A stretch of DNA of 64,000 nucleotides from Ktedonobacterales bacterium. Its GTDB lineage: Bacteria > Chloroflexota > Ktedonobacteria > Ktedonobacterales > JADMIN01. A program made the translations under genes and the position numbers. This document shows, one piece after another, positions 18,109-27,213 of this stretch (position 1 is its first letter; every line of letters starts with the position of its first letter). A model generated the notes under the pieces. It was not told the DNA's origin and searched no databases. It saw nothing but the letters and a program-made list of their open reading frames with translations. The stretch covers positions 22,701-86,700 of the forward strand of contig DASVZK010000033.1 of assembly GCA_036391685.1 (NCBI GenBank). The letters run 5' to 3'.

Positions 18109-20100
18109 CTAGCGATCGCCCGGTCCATTCTCCTGCTCTGCTTGGGCCTGCGGGCCAAAGCGCGGAAGGACGGGCGGCTGCCAGCCCTCCTTCAGCCAGG
18201 GAGCGGGCTCTTCGGGTGTCTCGTAGTCCGTCCAGTCCTCACCCTCATCACCCTCGAACTCCACATCGTCATCGTCTGGGGGTTGGGTCAGCGGCATGCT
18301 GACCGGAGCGGTCGCCGTGCGCTCGGCCTCCACCATGGCAGGATGCGACGCGGGCGCGGCCTCCACGACCTGCCGCATGGGTAGCGCGGATGGCTCCTCG
18401 CGCGGCATATCGGGGTTGTACGGCGCGAACGGCGAAGGCACGGGCGCGTCGGGCAGCGTAGGCTTCGTGGAGCGCGGGTTCACCTGCGGCTGCCCAGCCG
18501 GCGGCTTCCCGGCCGGCGGTTGCCCTATCGGCGGATGAGCGGGCGCCCGTCGCGGGAAGCCTGGCCGGCGAATGAACTGGGGTGACCGTGGTGTCACTGG
18601 CTCAGGCATGGCCGGTCGTGGCTGGTCCGCTGTGAGTGGTGGGGCCGCCGCCTGGTCGTCAAGCGGCGCGGTGGGGGCGCCGCTCATGCTCAGTAGCGCC
18701 CCAGTCTCACGCAGCCAGGCCTCGCTATCGACCCCTGTGGCTGCTGGAGTTTCTGGCGGTTGATCGAGGCCCGCCCGTTCCTGGAAGCTGGCGCCCGACG
18801 GCGCGCCGCGGAAGAGTGGCTCCGGGATCCGCTCACGCGGGCCTTCAACTGGCGCGTCCACCACGTCGCCACGGCGGCCGCCGCCCCACGGGTCTATCGG
18901 GCCAGTGGGACTGGAGAGGTCGGGCGCGCGCTCCTCCACCACCGACGCTATCGGCGTCGCGGGCTGCCGCAAAGAGCCCGAGGACGCGGGCGCGCGGCGC
19001 GGAGCCGTCTGCGCGCCGGTCGCGGTGGCCGCTTCTGGACGCGGGGTACCCGCGCGGCGCAGACCCGTGTAATACTCGATCCAGGCCAGTAACTCTTCCG
19101 GCTGGGCGAGGTGGTGGAGACGGATGCGCGCCCGCCGCCCGCCGCCGCGCAGCGTCACGTACTCCGGCACGCGCGGCGACCAGGCGAAGCTGCGAATCCC
19201 ACCGTCACCGCGCGAGGCCAGCCGCAGGGCCAGGCGCCCAGCGGCGACGGCCGCCAGGATAACGCCACCCGCCGGAAAGCGGGTGCGCTCGACTTTCGAG
19301 ACCTCGCGCCAGGTAAGCTGAACGCGGCCGATCGCGCCTTTGCTCTCGATCATGCGCCCGTCCAGTGAGTAGACCCGCCGCTGGACGAAGACAATGAGCA
19401 CCATGAACAGGCTGAGGAGTGTCAGCCCCAGCAGCGCGAGACCCGCGACCAGGCCCGTAGGAATCAGCAGCGCCAGGTAGACGCCCAGGAGGGCCACCAT
19501 TAGCGCCGCGAGCGCCCACCAGCCCGCGTACCCGCTGACCGATTCGCGCGCGATGAACGGGCCGCCGCCGGTCGTGCCCCATGTCCCCCCGTGGTCGCGC
19601 CAGAGGCGGTAGCGCTCATAGACCTCTCGCCGGTAGCGCTCATAATCGAGGAGAGCGTCCTCGCGCACCTGGATGCGGCGGCCATCGCGCGCCAGCGCCA
19701 CCACCCAGCGGTAGCGGCGGCCGCCCGATACCTGTGGCCGCTCCATGAGGCGGGTGATCTCGCTCCAGCGGAGCTCCACACGCCAGGGGCCGCGCACGAT
19801 CGCCATGCCTTGCGGGCCGACGCGCGCCGAGAGGGAGAGCTTGAAGGTGTAGACGAGCGCTAGCCAGTAGATCGCCATCAAGAGCAGGCCGAAGAAGATC
19901 GCCCGCCCGACAGGATCGCCCCAGCCCAGTTGCGACCAGACACGCGCGCCGATGCCCAGCAGCGCCACCACGAGCACTCCCAGCAACAGCCAGTCACCAG
20001 CGCGCGGTGTATAGAATGCGACCTCACGCTCAGGTAGCTGCTGGTCCTCTAGCCGGACGGTGTTTGGCGCTTTCGTGCGCGGGCGGGGGGAGTATGTCAC
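18109..20100 (-). CDS. membrane protein with two TM-hairpin plus PH-like modules and a Pro-rich tail
   Basis: 663 aa. Two similar units (TM-TM followed by ~90 aa, e.g. ...VELRWSEITRL... and ...VQLTWREVSKV...) resemble membrane-flanked bacterial PH domains. The C-terminal ~300 aa are Pro/Ala-rich and low in complexity. Confidence 0.6.
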   Translation of the reverse strand: MTYSPRPRTKAPNTVRLEDQQLPEREVAFYTPRAGDWLLLGVLVVALLGIGARVWSQLGWGDPVGRAIFFGLLLMAIYWLALVYTFKLSLSARVGPQGMAIVRGPWRVELRWSEITRLMERPQVSGGRRYRWVVALARDGRRIQVREDALLDYERYRREVYERYRLWRDHGGTWGTTGGGPFIARESVSGYAGWWALAALMVALLGVYLALLIPTGLVAGLALLGLTLLSLFMVLIVFVQRRVYSLDGRMIESKGAIGRVQLTWREVSKVERTRFPAGGVILAAVAAGRLALRLASRGDGGIRSFAWSPRVPEYVTLRGGGRRARIRLHHLAQPEELLAWIEYYTGLRRAGTPRPEAATATGAQTAPRRAPASSGSLRQPATPIASVVEERAPDLSSPTGPIDPWGGGRRGDVVDAPVEGPRERIPEPLFRGAPSGASFQERAGLDQPPETPAATGVDSEAWLRETGALLSMSGAPTAPLDDQAAAPPLTADQPRPAMPEPVTPRSPQFIRRPGFPRRAPAHPPIGQPPAGKPPAGQPQVNPRSTKPTLPDAPVPSPFAPYNPDMPREEPSALPMRQVVEAAPASHPAMVEAERTATAPVSMPLTQPPDDDDVEFEGDEGEDWTDYETPEEPAPWLKEGWQPPVLPRFGPQAQAEQENGPGDR

Positions 20101-20302
20101 GCTCGCTCCCTGTTATCCAGACAAGTGATGATCTCAGACACAGCGCGCCCATCGCGTGGGGCGCGCGGTATGACGCGGCGCGCCCTCGGTATGTCCCCCA
20201 TGAGCCGGGCTGGGCGCTGCGCCTGCGTCACAGTATACCTGATGACCTCGCGCGCGTCGCCATCATGGGCCATTGGGCGGGCGGAGTGGCCGGCGAGTCT
20301 CT

Positions 20303-21124
20303 CTAGCGTTTGCGCGCAAGGGCGCAGATCCAGGCGTGGTCGGTGGGGGAGACGCGTTTGTCGCTGACGCGTGTCTCGATTCGGTCCAGCCCGGCCCTGG
20401 TGAGCAGCGCGGCGACCTCATCCTCGGTATAGAACGTGTAGTAGCGGGTGAGATTCTCCGGATTCTCGCCGGGATAGGGCTCGTAAGCTTCCACCGCTTC
20501 ATTAGGCTTGCGCCGTTTGAGGAAGAGCGCAATGGGCGCGTCCGGCCGCGCCACGCGCGCCAGCTCCGCTATGGCGCGCTCCGCCGAGCGGCGAGGCACA
20601 TGCAGTAAAGAGGCTGAACACCAGACGCCACGGACGCAACCATCGGGGAGTTCCAGTCGTCGCAGATCCATCAGCGCGTAGCGGATGGCCCCCTTGGGCA
20701 AGCGGCGCGCAGTGCGCTCGCCTGCCGCGTCCAACATGCCCTGCGAGAGGTCTACCGCCAGTACGGGAAGGTTCCGCGCCGCCAGGAGGCGCGCGTCGCG
20801 CCCCGGGCCACAGCCCGCGTCCAATACCGGGACAAACGCCAGATAGTCTTCGAGGGCGATGTCGTCTCCAGGACGGCCGAGGCTGGCGATATCCGCAATG
20901 GGGCGCTCCTCCAGCGCCTGTTCCATCACCTCCACAAACCGCTCCATGCGCTCGGACCAGAACTCCGGCTGCTCCTCATTGCGCGTGGCGTAGTCCTCTG
21001 CTTTTTGGTCATAGGTCGCCGTTGTGATTTCGGCCGCCTGGAGGAATCGCGGATCGCGCGAGTCAGGGGGTGACATGGGCGCTGGCTCCTTGTGGTGCGC
21101 GGGCAGACTCCCCTCTTCCTGCAT
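20303..21124 (-). CDS. class I SAM-dependent methyltransferase
   Basis: Motif I VLDAGCGPGRD, followed by an acidic residue (AVDLS). 273 aa. Confidence 0.75.
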   Translation of the reverse strand: MQEEGSLPAHHKEPAPMSPPDSRDPRFLQAAEITTATYDQKAEDYATRNEEQPEFWSERMERFVEVMEQALEERPIADIASLGRPGDDIALEDYLAFVPVLDAGCGPGRDARLLAARNLPVLAVDLSQGMLDAAGERTARRLPKGAIRYALMDLRRLELPDGCVRGVWCSASLLHVPRRSAERAIAELARVARPDAPIALFLKRRKPNEAVEAYEPYPGENPENLTRYYTFYTEDEVAALLTRAGLDRIETRVSDKRVSPTDHAWICALARKR

Positions 21125-21170
21125 AAGGAGAGGCGCTGAGGGCGAGGTCGCTCGCTTGTTCCCGCCGCCG

Positions 21171-21887
21171 CTAGCGAGCGACGAGCTTTTCGCGCTTCTC
21201 GGTCAGCGCGGCGATCATTGAGCCGAAGACCAGCCGGCCATCTTCGCCGCCTAGCAGCGCCTCAACGCAGCGCTCAGGATGCGGCATCATCGCCGCCACG
21301 GTACGCGCGGGGTTGATGATCCCGGCGATATTGCGGCGCGAGCCATTCGGGTTGGCGGCGCTGGTTAGCTCCCCGTTGGGCTCACTGTAGCGGAAGAGAA
21401 TGCCGTTGCTAGCCTCCAGCGCGTCGAGCGTCGCGTCATCGGCGTAATAGTTGCCCTCGCCGTGCGAGATGGGAACGCGGATGACCTGGCCTGGCCGCAT
21501 CAGCCGCGTGAAGGGGGTCTCGGCATTCTCGACGCGCAGATGCGTCCACTGGCAGCGGAATTCCAGGCTCGCGTTGCGCTGCATGGCGCCCGGCAGCAGC
21601 CCCGCTTCCAGCAGGATCTGGAAGCCATTGCAGATGCCCAGCGCCAGGCCGCCGCGCTCGGTGAACGACTTGATCGCGCCCATCACGGGAGCGAACCGCG
21701 CTACCGCCCCGGCGCGCAGGTAGTCGCCATACGAGAAGCCGCCAGGCAGGATGACAGCGTCGCACCCCTGCAGGTCGGTATCTTCATGCCAGATCGCCAC
21801 CGCCTCATGACCCATCACCGGGCCGAAGGCGCGCAGCGTATCTTTATCGCTCCAGGTGCCGGGGAAGACGACGACCCCGAATTTCAT
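21171..21887 (-). CDS. purQ: phosphoribosylformylglycinamidine synthase subunit PurQ (glutaminase)
   Basis: MKFGVVVFPG..., catalytic Cys in GICNGFQIL, and HGEGNYY. The ATG at 21887 was chosen; the upstream ORF extension has no homology-like character. Confidence 0.9.
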   Translation of the reverse strand: MKFGVVVFPGTWSDKDTLRAFGPVMGHEAVAIWHEDTDLQGCDAVILPGGFSYGDYLRAGAVARFAPVMGAIKSFTERGGLALGICNGFQILLEAGLLPGAMQRNASLEFRCQWTHLRVENAETPFTRLMRPGQVIRVPISHGEGNYYADDATLDALEASNGILFRYSEPNGELTSAANPNGSRRNIAGIINPARTVAAMMPHPERCVEALLGGEDGRLVFGSMIAALTEKREKLVAR

Positions 21888-22006
21888 GCTGTGTTGTCTC
21901 CTGATGGCGTAAATGACATGATGCGGGCCGACGTGACACGGGCCAATGCATTCGCGCTGCAAGAGCCTCGCGGCCACAAGACGCGCCTGCGTGGATCCGG
22001 GCGCGC

Positions 22007-22465
22007 TTAGCCTTCGACCCACGCCTCGCCGTCCTCATAGAACTCTTTCTTCCAGATCGGCACGCGCGATTTGAGCTCATCGATCGCGTAGCGGCAGGCC
22101 TCGAACGCTTCGCCGCGATGCGGGCAGGCGGCGACGATGACCACACTCGCCTCGCCTATCGCCAGCGGGCCGGTGCGGTGTGCCATCGCCAGCGCGCACT
22201 CCGGCCAGCGCTGCGCCACCTCGGCGGCGATGGCGCGCATCTCGCGCTCCGCCATCTCTGGATAGGCGTCATACTCCAGCGACCGAACCCGCTTGCCGCG
22301 CGCGTTATCACGCACGACTCCGGCGAAGGTGACGACGCCGCCCGCGCCGGCATAGGTCACCGCCGCCTCCAGCGCGCGTGTGGCCCCGCCGTCCAGCGAT
22401 TCAGCGGTGATGCGGATGATCGGCGCGGGCAGGGCGCGCGTGGCGTCCGCGGCCTCCTCGGCCAT
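22007..22465 (-). CDS. moaE: molybdopterin synthase catalytic subunit MoaE
   Basis: 152 aa with FAGVVRDN...LEYDAYPEMA...RVPIWKKE motifs. It sits directly downstream of moaD. Confidence 0.85.
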   Translation of the reverse strand: MAEEAADATRALPAPIIRITAESLDGGATRALEAAVTYAGAGGVVTFAGVVRDNARGKRVRSLEYDAYPEMAEREMRAIAAEVAQRWPECALAMAHRTGPLAIGEASVVIVAACPHRGEAFEACRYAIDELKSRVPIWKKEFYEDGEAWVEG

Positions 22466-22467
22466 GC

Positions 22468-22713
22468 TCAGCCTCCCCCCAGCGGCGGGATGAATACCAG
22501 TTCATCGTTCTCCGTCAGTGGCGCGTCAACCGGGACATAGCGCTGGTTGATGGCGGCCATGCAGGGCGGAAGCGCGACCGCCAGCGCGTGGCTGCGCTCC
22601 GCGACAAGCGCACGCGCTTGCCCTACGGTGACGCCGTCTGGCAGGTCGAGCGTCTCCTCCGCCATCCCGGCCGCCTCACGCAGCGAGGCGAAATAGCGTA
22701 TCCGCACGCGCAT
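22468..22713 (-). CDS. moaD: molybdopterin synthase sulfur-carrier subunit MoaD
   Basis: 81 aa, ubiquitin-like ThiS/MoaD pattern ending in FIPPLGGG (C-terminal Gly-Gly). Confidence 0.8.
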   Translation of the reverse strand: MRVRIRYFASLREAAGMAEETLDLPDGVTVGQARALVAERSHALAVALPPCMAAINQRYVPVDAPLTENDELVFIPPLGGG

Positions 22714-22863
22714 GGATTCTTCCGCGCCCTCTCCATGATACGAGCCAGCGCCCGCGCGCCAGTCCCTCTCCAGTGTACCGCGCGCCGTCGCGGCGCCGCC
22801 AGCGACCGCGGCGTGGTACCTTCAAGGGTAGGCGGCCAGACCCGCCAGACAGGAGCGCGCTCG

Positions 22864-23463
22864 ATGGCTTCCAGGGTTCCCTACGACAGCCGCGATGTCC
22901 AGCAGTTCGAGCAGTGGTCGCGGACGTATGACGCCTCGTGGATGCAGCGCCGTCTCTTCATCCCGATTCACCGCGCGCTGCTCGATCTCGCCGCTGGTCT
23001 GCCCGCGCCCGCCAGCGTGCTGGACGTTGGCTGTGGCACTGGGCGGCTGCTGCGTGGCGTCGCGGCCCGCTGGCCGGATGCCGCGCTCTTCGGCGTGGAC
23101 CCGGCGGAAGGGATGGTTGAGGCGGCGCGGCGGCTGACGCCAGGCGCGACCATCCAGCGCGGGCTGGCCGAAGCGTTGCCGCTGCCCGACGCCAGCATAG
23201 ACCTGGCGGTTTCCACGATGTCTTTCCACCACTGGGGGAACCAGCAAGCGGGTGTGCGTGAGATCGCGCGCGTCCTGCGCCCCGGCGGCCATTTCATCCT
23301 GGTGGACTTCGCCCCGCCCCGCGGTCTGGGCTGGCTGATGTTCCATGAGCGCGCCCAGCCGGCCGTCACCCGCGCGCGCATCTTCGCCGCCGCCGGGTTG
23401 CGCACCGAGCGCCAGCGCGGCGTTGTCTATCCGCTGATTCTGGCTACCGTAGCCGCGCGTTGA
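22864..23463 (+). CDS. class I SAM-dependent methyltransferase
   Basis: Motif I VLDVGCGTGRL. The ATG at 22864 was chosen because the track ORF start at 22588 would overlap moaD antisense. Confidence 0.8.
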   Translation: MASRVPYDSRDVQQFEQWSRTYDASWMQRRLFIPIHRALLDLAAGLPAPASVLDVGCGTGRLLRGVAARWPDAALFGVDPAEGMVEAARRLTPGATIQRGLAEALPLPDASIDLAVSTMSFHHWGNQQAGVREIARVLRPGGHFILVDFAPPRGLGWLMFHERAQPAVTRARIFAAAGLRTERQRGVVYPLILATVAAR

Positions 23464-23471
23464 GAGGGCTC

Positions 23472-23912
23472 CTACGGGCCGCCCTCCAGCGGGTAGACTA
23501 CATAGCAGTCCTGGCCGTCGGCGATGATAATCGGCGCGGGCAAACCAGCGTTTCCAACAGGGCGCAGGAGGTCATGCGGGGCGCCGAAGAGGGTGAACAT
23601 CGTCCCGACCGATTGCAGCGGCCACGCCTTGAACTGCGTCAGGTCTGCCTGTGTGTAGCAGCGCGCGATATTCTGGCTGGCCATATCCGCCTGGCGCCAG
23701 CCCGCGCCCGCGCAGACCTGCGGCGAGTGGTAACGCCGGCCGTAGAAGAATACGTAGGTGGGTAGTCCATCGCGACCCGCGAGCGCGTAGCCGAAGTGGT
23801 TGGCCGTCCATGGTTGCGACGCGCCCAGAGTCAGTCCGGCGAGCAATAGCGCGAGTATCACGCCTCCAGCGACAAGCCAGCGCCGCCCGCGTCTCATCCT
23901 GTGCGCATCCAT
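23472..23912 (-). CDS. membrane-anchored hypothetical protein
   Basis: 146 aa with an N-terminal TM/signal anchor (WLVAGGVILALLLAGLTLG). No family recognised. Confidence 0.5.
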   Translation of the reverse strand: MDAHRMRRGRRWLVAGGVILALLLAGLTLGASQPWTANHFGYALAGRDGLPTYVFFYGRRYHSPQVCAGAGWRQADMASQNIARCYTQADLTQFKAWPLQSVGTMFTLFGAPHDLLRPVGNAGLPAPIIIADGQDCYVVYPLEGGP

Positions 23913-24028
23913 TCTCTATGCGCGGGCTGGCCATCCTGCCGTCCGCAGCAGGTCCATCATGCGCCGTGGCGCCGATTCGCGCTGTGAACAAGCTCACATT
24001 TCTGGCGTCAGCGGATCGACGATGCGAC

Positions 24029-24463
24029 TTACTGCGTCGTCTCTGGCATGTTGGCGGGACTCCCGCTGGATGGAGTGCGAAGGAGCGATTCCGCCTCGTG
24101 TACCGCTTCGACCAATTCGTCAATATTGAATGGCTTGGCCATGACGGTGGCGTTCACGTCGCTGATCGCGCTTTCGCAGTCATCCTGGGCCGCTATCGGG
24201 CTGGCGGTCATGAAGACGTAGGCGTGCTGATCGCGCAGGCGCTCATCATGGGCGACAAGCTCCAGCAGGTCGCAGCCGTCCATCGCGGGCAGCCGGTGGT
24301 CGAGCACAACGACCATCCGCTGGGTGGAGGTATTCAGCAATGTCCATCCCGCCAGGCCATCCGGCGCTTCGGTGACCTCGTAGCCCTCTTCTTCAAGGAG
24401 TTCGCGGACGGTCTGGCGCGTCGCGTCATCGTCTTCGATCAGGCAGATATGCGCTTTCGCCAT
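24029..24463 (-). CDS. stand-alone response-regulator receiver domain protein
   Basis: ICLIEDDD...VVVLDHRLPAMDG...MAKPF fits the CheY-like receiver pattern, with no output domain. The ATG at 24463 is preceded by GAAAGGA. Confidence 0.8.
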   Translation of the reverse strand: MAKAHICLIEDDDATRQTVRELLEEEGYEVTEAPDGLAGWTLLNTSTQRMVVVLDHRLPAMDGCDLLELVAHDERLRDQHAYVFMTASPIAAQDDCESAISDVNATVMAKPFNIDELVEAVHEAESLLRTPSSGSPANMPETTQ

Positions 24464-24477
24464 AAGTGTCCTTTCTC

Positions 24478-24525
24478 GCGCCTTGCTGTGTCTGCGCGCA
24501 TGAGCGCGCAGACACAGCAAGGCGC
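24478..24525. repeat. perfect 22-bp inverted repeat (hairpin or palindromic operator)
   Basis: gcgccttgctgtgtctgcgcgc (24478-24499), loop atga, then the exact reverse complement (24504-24525). It lies 14 nt upstream of the receiver gene ATG and downstream of the 24653 gene stop. No U-tract follows it. Confidence 0.9.
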
Positions 24526-24652
24526 GCACAGGTCTTACCATAGCGAATGCGGCGCCAGACCGTTGAGTGTGAGCGATCGCAAGCGACCATATAGGCGCCA
24601 GGTGATGGTTGATGAGTAGGCGGAAGGGTATGAGGCGCCGCCACCACATCGT

Positions 24653-25246
24653 TCAGTTCATGTCGACCACTACGGTCGTGAGCGCGAGCGCGACGCACAC
24701 GAACATAAACACACCCACAGCGATAGTAAACGCCACACGTCGCTTGTAGAGTGTTTCATAGAGCAAGACGAGCGTGGGCAACGCGACATAGGCGAAGATG
24801 AATGGCCCTGTCAAAGCGCTTGGTCCCAGGCTGAGGTAGTTGTTAGGATCGCTGGTCCTGGTGGCCGCCACGGATTCAAAGACGAGAAAGACCAGCGCCA
24901 TGGCCGCGCCGATCGAGACCAATAGCGCATCGTCAGCGACCGCGCGGCGTCGCAGATTCCGGATCAAAAGCACGATCATCAACACTGCCAGGGCGAGCGC
25001 CGGCAGGAAAAGCCCAATCCCGGCTTCGGCCATTTGAACGTTTGAGTAGAGACCTCCACTCGCCCCGCCACAGCAAGCGATTGTCGCGAGCGACAGAGCG
25101 ATAAGCGCGACGCCTGAATCGGCGGCCGGTCGTGGCTGGCCGGCCGCAGGCGTGGCGAGTTGCGGGGCCTCTCCAGTTTGCGGAGTCTTGTCCGGCTGTG
25201 GCTCATTGGGCTGATATGCGTCAGGCTGGCTGTCTTCGGGCTGCAT
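24653..25246 (-). CDS. polytopic membrane protein, hypothetical
   Basis: The ATG at 25246 is preceded by GGAG. A Pro/Gln-rich N-terminus is followed by ~5 hydrophobic segments. Confidence 0.55.
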   Translation of the reverse strand: MQPEDSQPDAYQPNEPQPDKTPQTGEAPQLATPAAGQPRPAADSGVALIALSLATIACCGGASGGLYSNVQMAEAGIGLFLPALALAVLMIVLLIRNLRRRAVADDALLVSIGAAMALVFLVFESVAATRTSDPNNYLSLGPSALTGPFIFAYVALPTLVLLYETLYKRRVAFTIAVGVFMFVCVALALTTVVVDMN

Positions 25247-25524
25247 AGTGAGCTCCAATCCGCGCGAAGAGCGTACGCGAAAAACGGAGTATGGCGTGAG
25301 GTATGCCTGGGGAGAGCCACTGTGGCGCGGCGTAGGGGAAAGTCGCAGAGCGTGCGAAACAAAACGATCAAACGCGCTAACGCTGTTGGCGACATAATGG
25401 CACGCAACACGGCGCAAGAAGTGTGAAATCCGCCACAGGTGGGCGGCGCGACGGGCGAACTGTGCTCAGCGCCACACATTCACTATACTTGACATGACAG
25501 TTGTGTTGGCGTGGGAGATCGAGC

Positions 25525-27192
25525 ATGGCGCAGAGCGCGACGGATACCGACGTGATCATCGTCGGCGCGGGGCTGGCGGGACTCGTGGCGGCGGCGGAGT
25601 TGACGGACGCTGGCAAGCGCGTAATCATCGTTGAGCAGGAGCCAGAGCAAAGCCTGGGCGGCCAGGCGTTCTGGTCCTTCGGCGGCCTGTTCTTCGTGGA
25701 TTCACCCGAGCAGCGCCGCATGGGCATTCGTGACTCCCGTGACCTTGCCCTGCAGGACTGGATGGGCTCAGCGCAGTTCGACCGCGAGGAGGATCGCTGG
25801 CCGCGGCGGTGGGCCGAGGCATATGTGAACTTCGCCGCCGGCGAGAAGCGTCCCTGGCTGGCAAGTCAGGGCATGTCCTGGTTCCCGGTCGTCGGCTGGG
25901 CCGAGCGCGGCGGCGGGAATGCCAGCGGCCACGGCAACTCCGTCCCGCGCTTCCATGTCACCTGGGGTACAGGCCCCGGCGTGCTGGAGCCATTCATCCG
26001 TCGCGTGCGCGCGGCGGAGCAGCGCGGCAAGCTAACCTTCACGTTTCGCCACCGCGTGGACGAGTTGACTGTGACCAACGGCGTGGTGGATGGCGTACAC
26101 GGCGAGGTCCTGGAGCCAAGCGGGATCGAGCGCGGACAGGCAAGCGCGCGCGTCGCCGTGGGCGAGTTCACCTTCTCCGCTCAGGCAGTGATCGTCACCT
26201 CCGGCGGCATCGGCGCCAACCATGACCTGGTGCGCCAGAACTGGCCGGAGCGGCTGGGGACGCCGCCTGCGGCGATGCTCTCCGGTGTGCCCGCGCATGT
26301 GGACGGGCGTATGCTGGCAATCACCGCGGCGGCCGGCGGGCGGATCATCAACCGCGACCGCATGTGGCACTACACCGAGGGCATCCAGAACTGGAACCCG
26401 ATCTGGCCGCTGCATGGCATCCGCATTCTGCCTGGCCCTTCCTCGCTCTGGCTCGACGCGCGCGGCAAGCGGCTGCCCGCGCCGCTTTACCCCGGCTTCG
26501 ATACGATGGCGACGCTGGCCTACCTGCGCCGCACGGGCTACGACTATAGCTGGTTCATCCTGACGCAGAAGATTATCAAGAAGGAATTCGCGCTTTCCGG
26601 CTCTGAGCAGAACCCGGACCTGACCAACAAGAGCTGGCGCCAGGTGTTGGGTCGCGCGGTCGGATCGAAGGCGACCGGCCCGGTCGAGGCGTTCAAAGAG
26701 CATGGCGCGGACTTCGTCGTCAAGCCGACGCTGGCGGAACTGGTCGCGGGGATGAACGCGCTCACCGCCGAGCCGCTACTGGACTACGCGGCGGTGGCCC
26801 GCGAGGTGGTCGCGCGCGACCGCGAGCTGGCCAATCCCTTCAGCAAGGACACCCAAATCACCCACATCCGTGGCGCGCGTCACTACCTGGGCGACCGCCT
26901 GATCCGCACGGCTCCGCCGCACCGCCTGCTCGACCCCGCCGCTGGCCCGCTGATCGCCGTGCGCCTGCACATCCTGACGCGCAAGACGCTTGGCGGACTG
27001 GAGACTGACCTCGACGCGCGAGTGCTTGGCGCGGACGGCCAGCCGGTTCCCGGCCTCTACGCCGCGGGTGAGGTGGCCGGCTTCGGTGGCGGCGGCGTCC
27101 ACGGCTACAACGCGCTCGAAGGCTCATTCCTCGGCGGCTGCATCTTCTCCGGACGGACGGCGGGCCGCGCGGCGGCGCGTGCGGTGGTGTAG
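25525..27192 (+). CDS. FAD-binding dehydrogenase (KstD/fumarate-reductase-like flavoprotein)
   Basis: N-terminal dinucleotide-binding motif DVIIVGAGLAGL and C-terminal GLYAAGEVAGFGGGG. 555 aa counted from the ATG at 25525 (GGGAGA upstream). Confidence 0.8.
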   Translation: MAQSATDTDVIIVGAGLAGLVAAAELTDAGKRVIIVEQEPEQSLGGQAFWSFGGLFFVDSPEQRRMGIRDSRDLALQDWMGSAQFDREEDRWPRRWAEAYVNFAAGEKRPWLASQGMSWFPVVGWAERGGGNASGHGNSVPRFHVTWGTGPGVLEPFIRRVRAAEQRGKLTFTFRHRVDELTVTNGVVDGVHGEVLEPSGIERGQASARVAVGEFTFSAQAVIVTSGGIGANHDLVRQNWPERLGTPPAAMLSGVPAHVDGRMLAITAAAGGRIINRDRMWHYTEGIQNWNPIWPLHGIRILPGPSSLWLDARGKRLPAPLYPGFDTMATLAYLRRTGYDYSWFILTQKIIKKEFALSGSEQNPDLTNKSWRQVLGRAVGSKATGPVEAFKEHGADFVVKPTLAELVAGMNALTAEPLLDYAAVAREVVARDRELANPFSKDTQITHIRGARHYLGDRLIRTAPPHRLLDPAAGPLIAVRLHILTRKTLGGLETDLDARVLGADGQPVPGLYAAGEVAGFGGGGVHGYNALEGSFLGGCIFSGRTAGRAAARAVV

Positions 27193-27213
27193 GCCTGACC
27201 TCGCCCGGAGCGC

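Noticed and set aside
22714-22863. Molybdenum-cofactor riboswitch upstream of moaD
   Set aside because: There are two GGAGAGGG-containing stretches but no recognisable Moco-motif architecture by eye. The evidence is insufficient.
23651-24619. 322-aa plus-strand ORF
   Set aside because: It overlaps, in antisense, both the 23472-23912 gene and the receiver-domain gene. There is no recognisable domain, and the composition is shadow-ORF-like.
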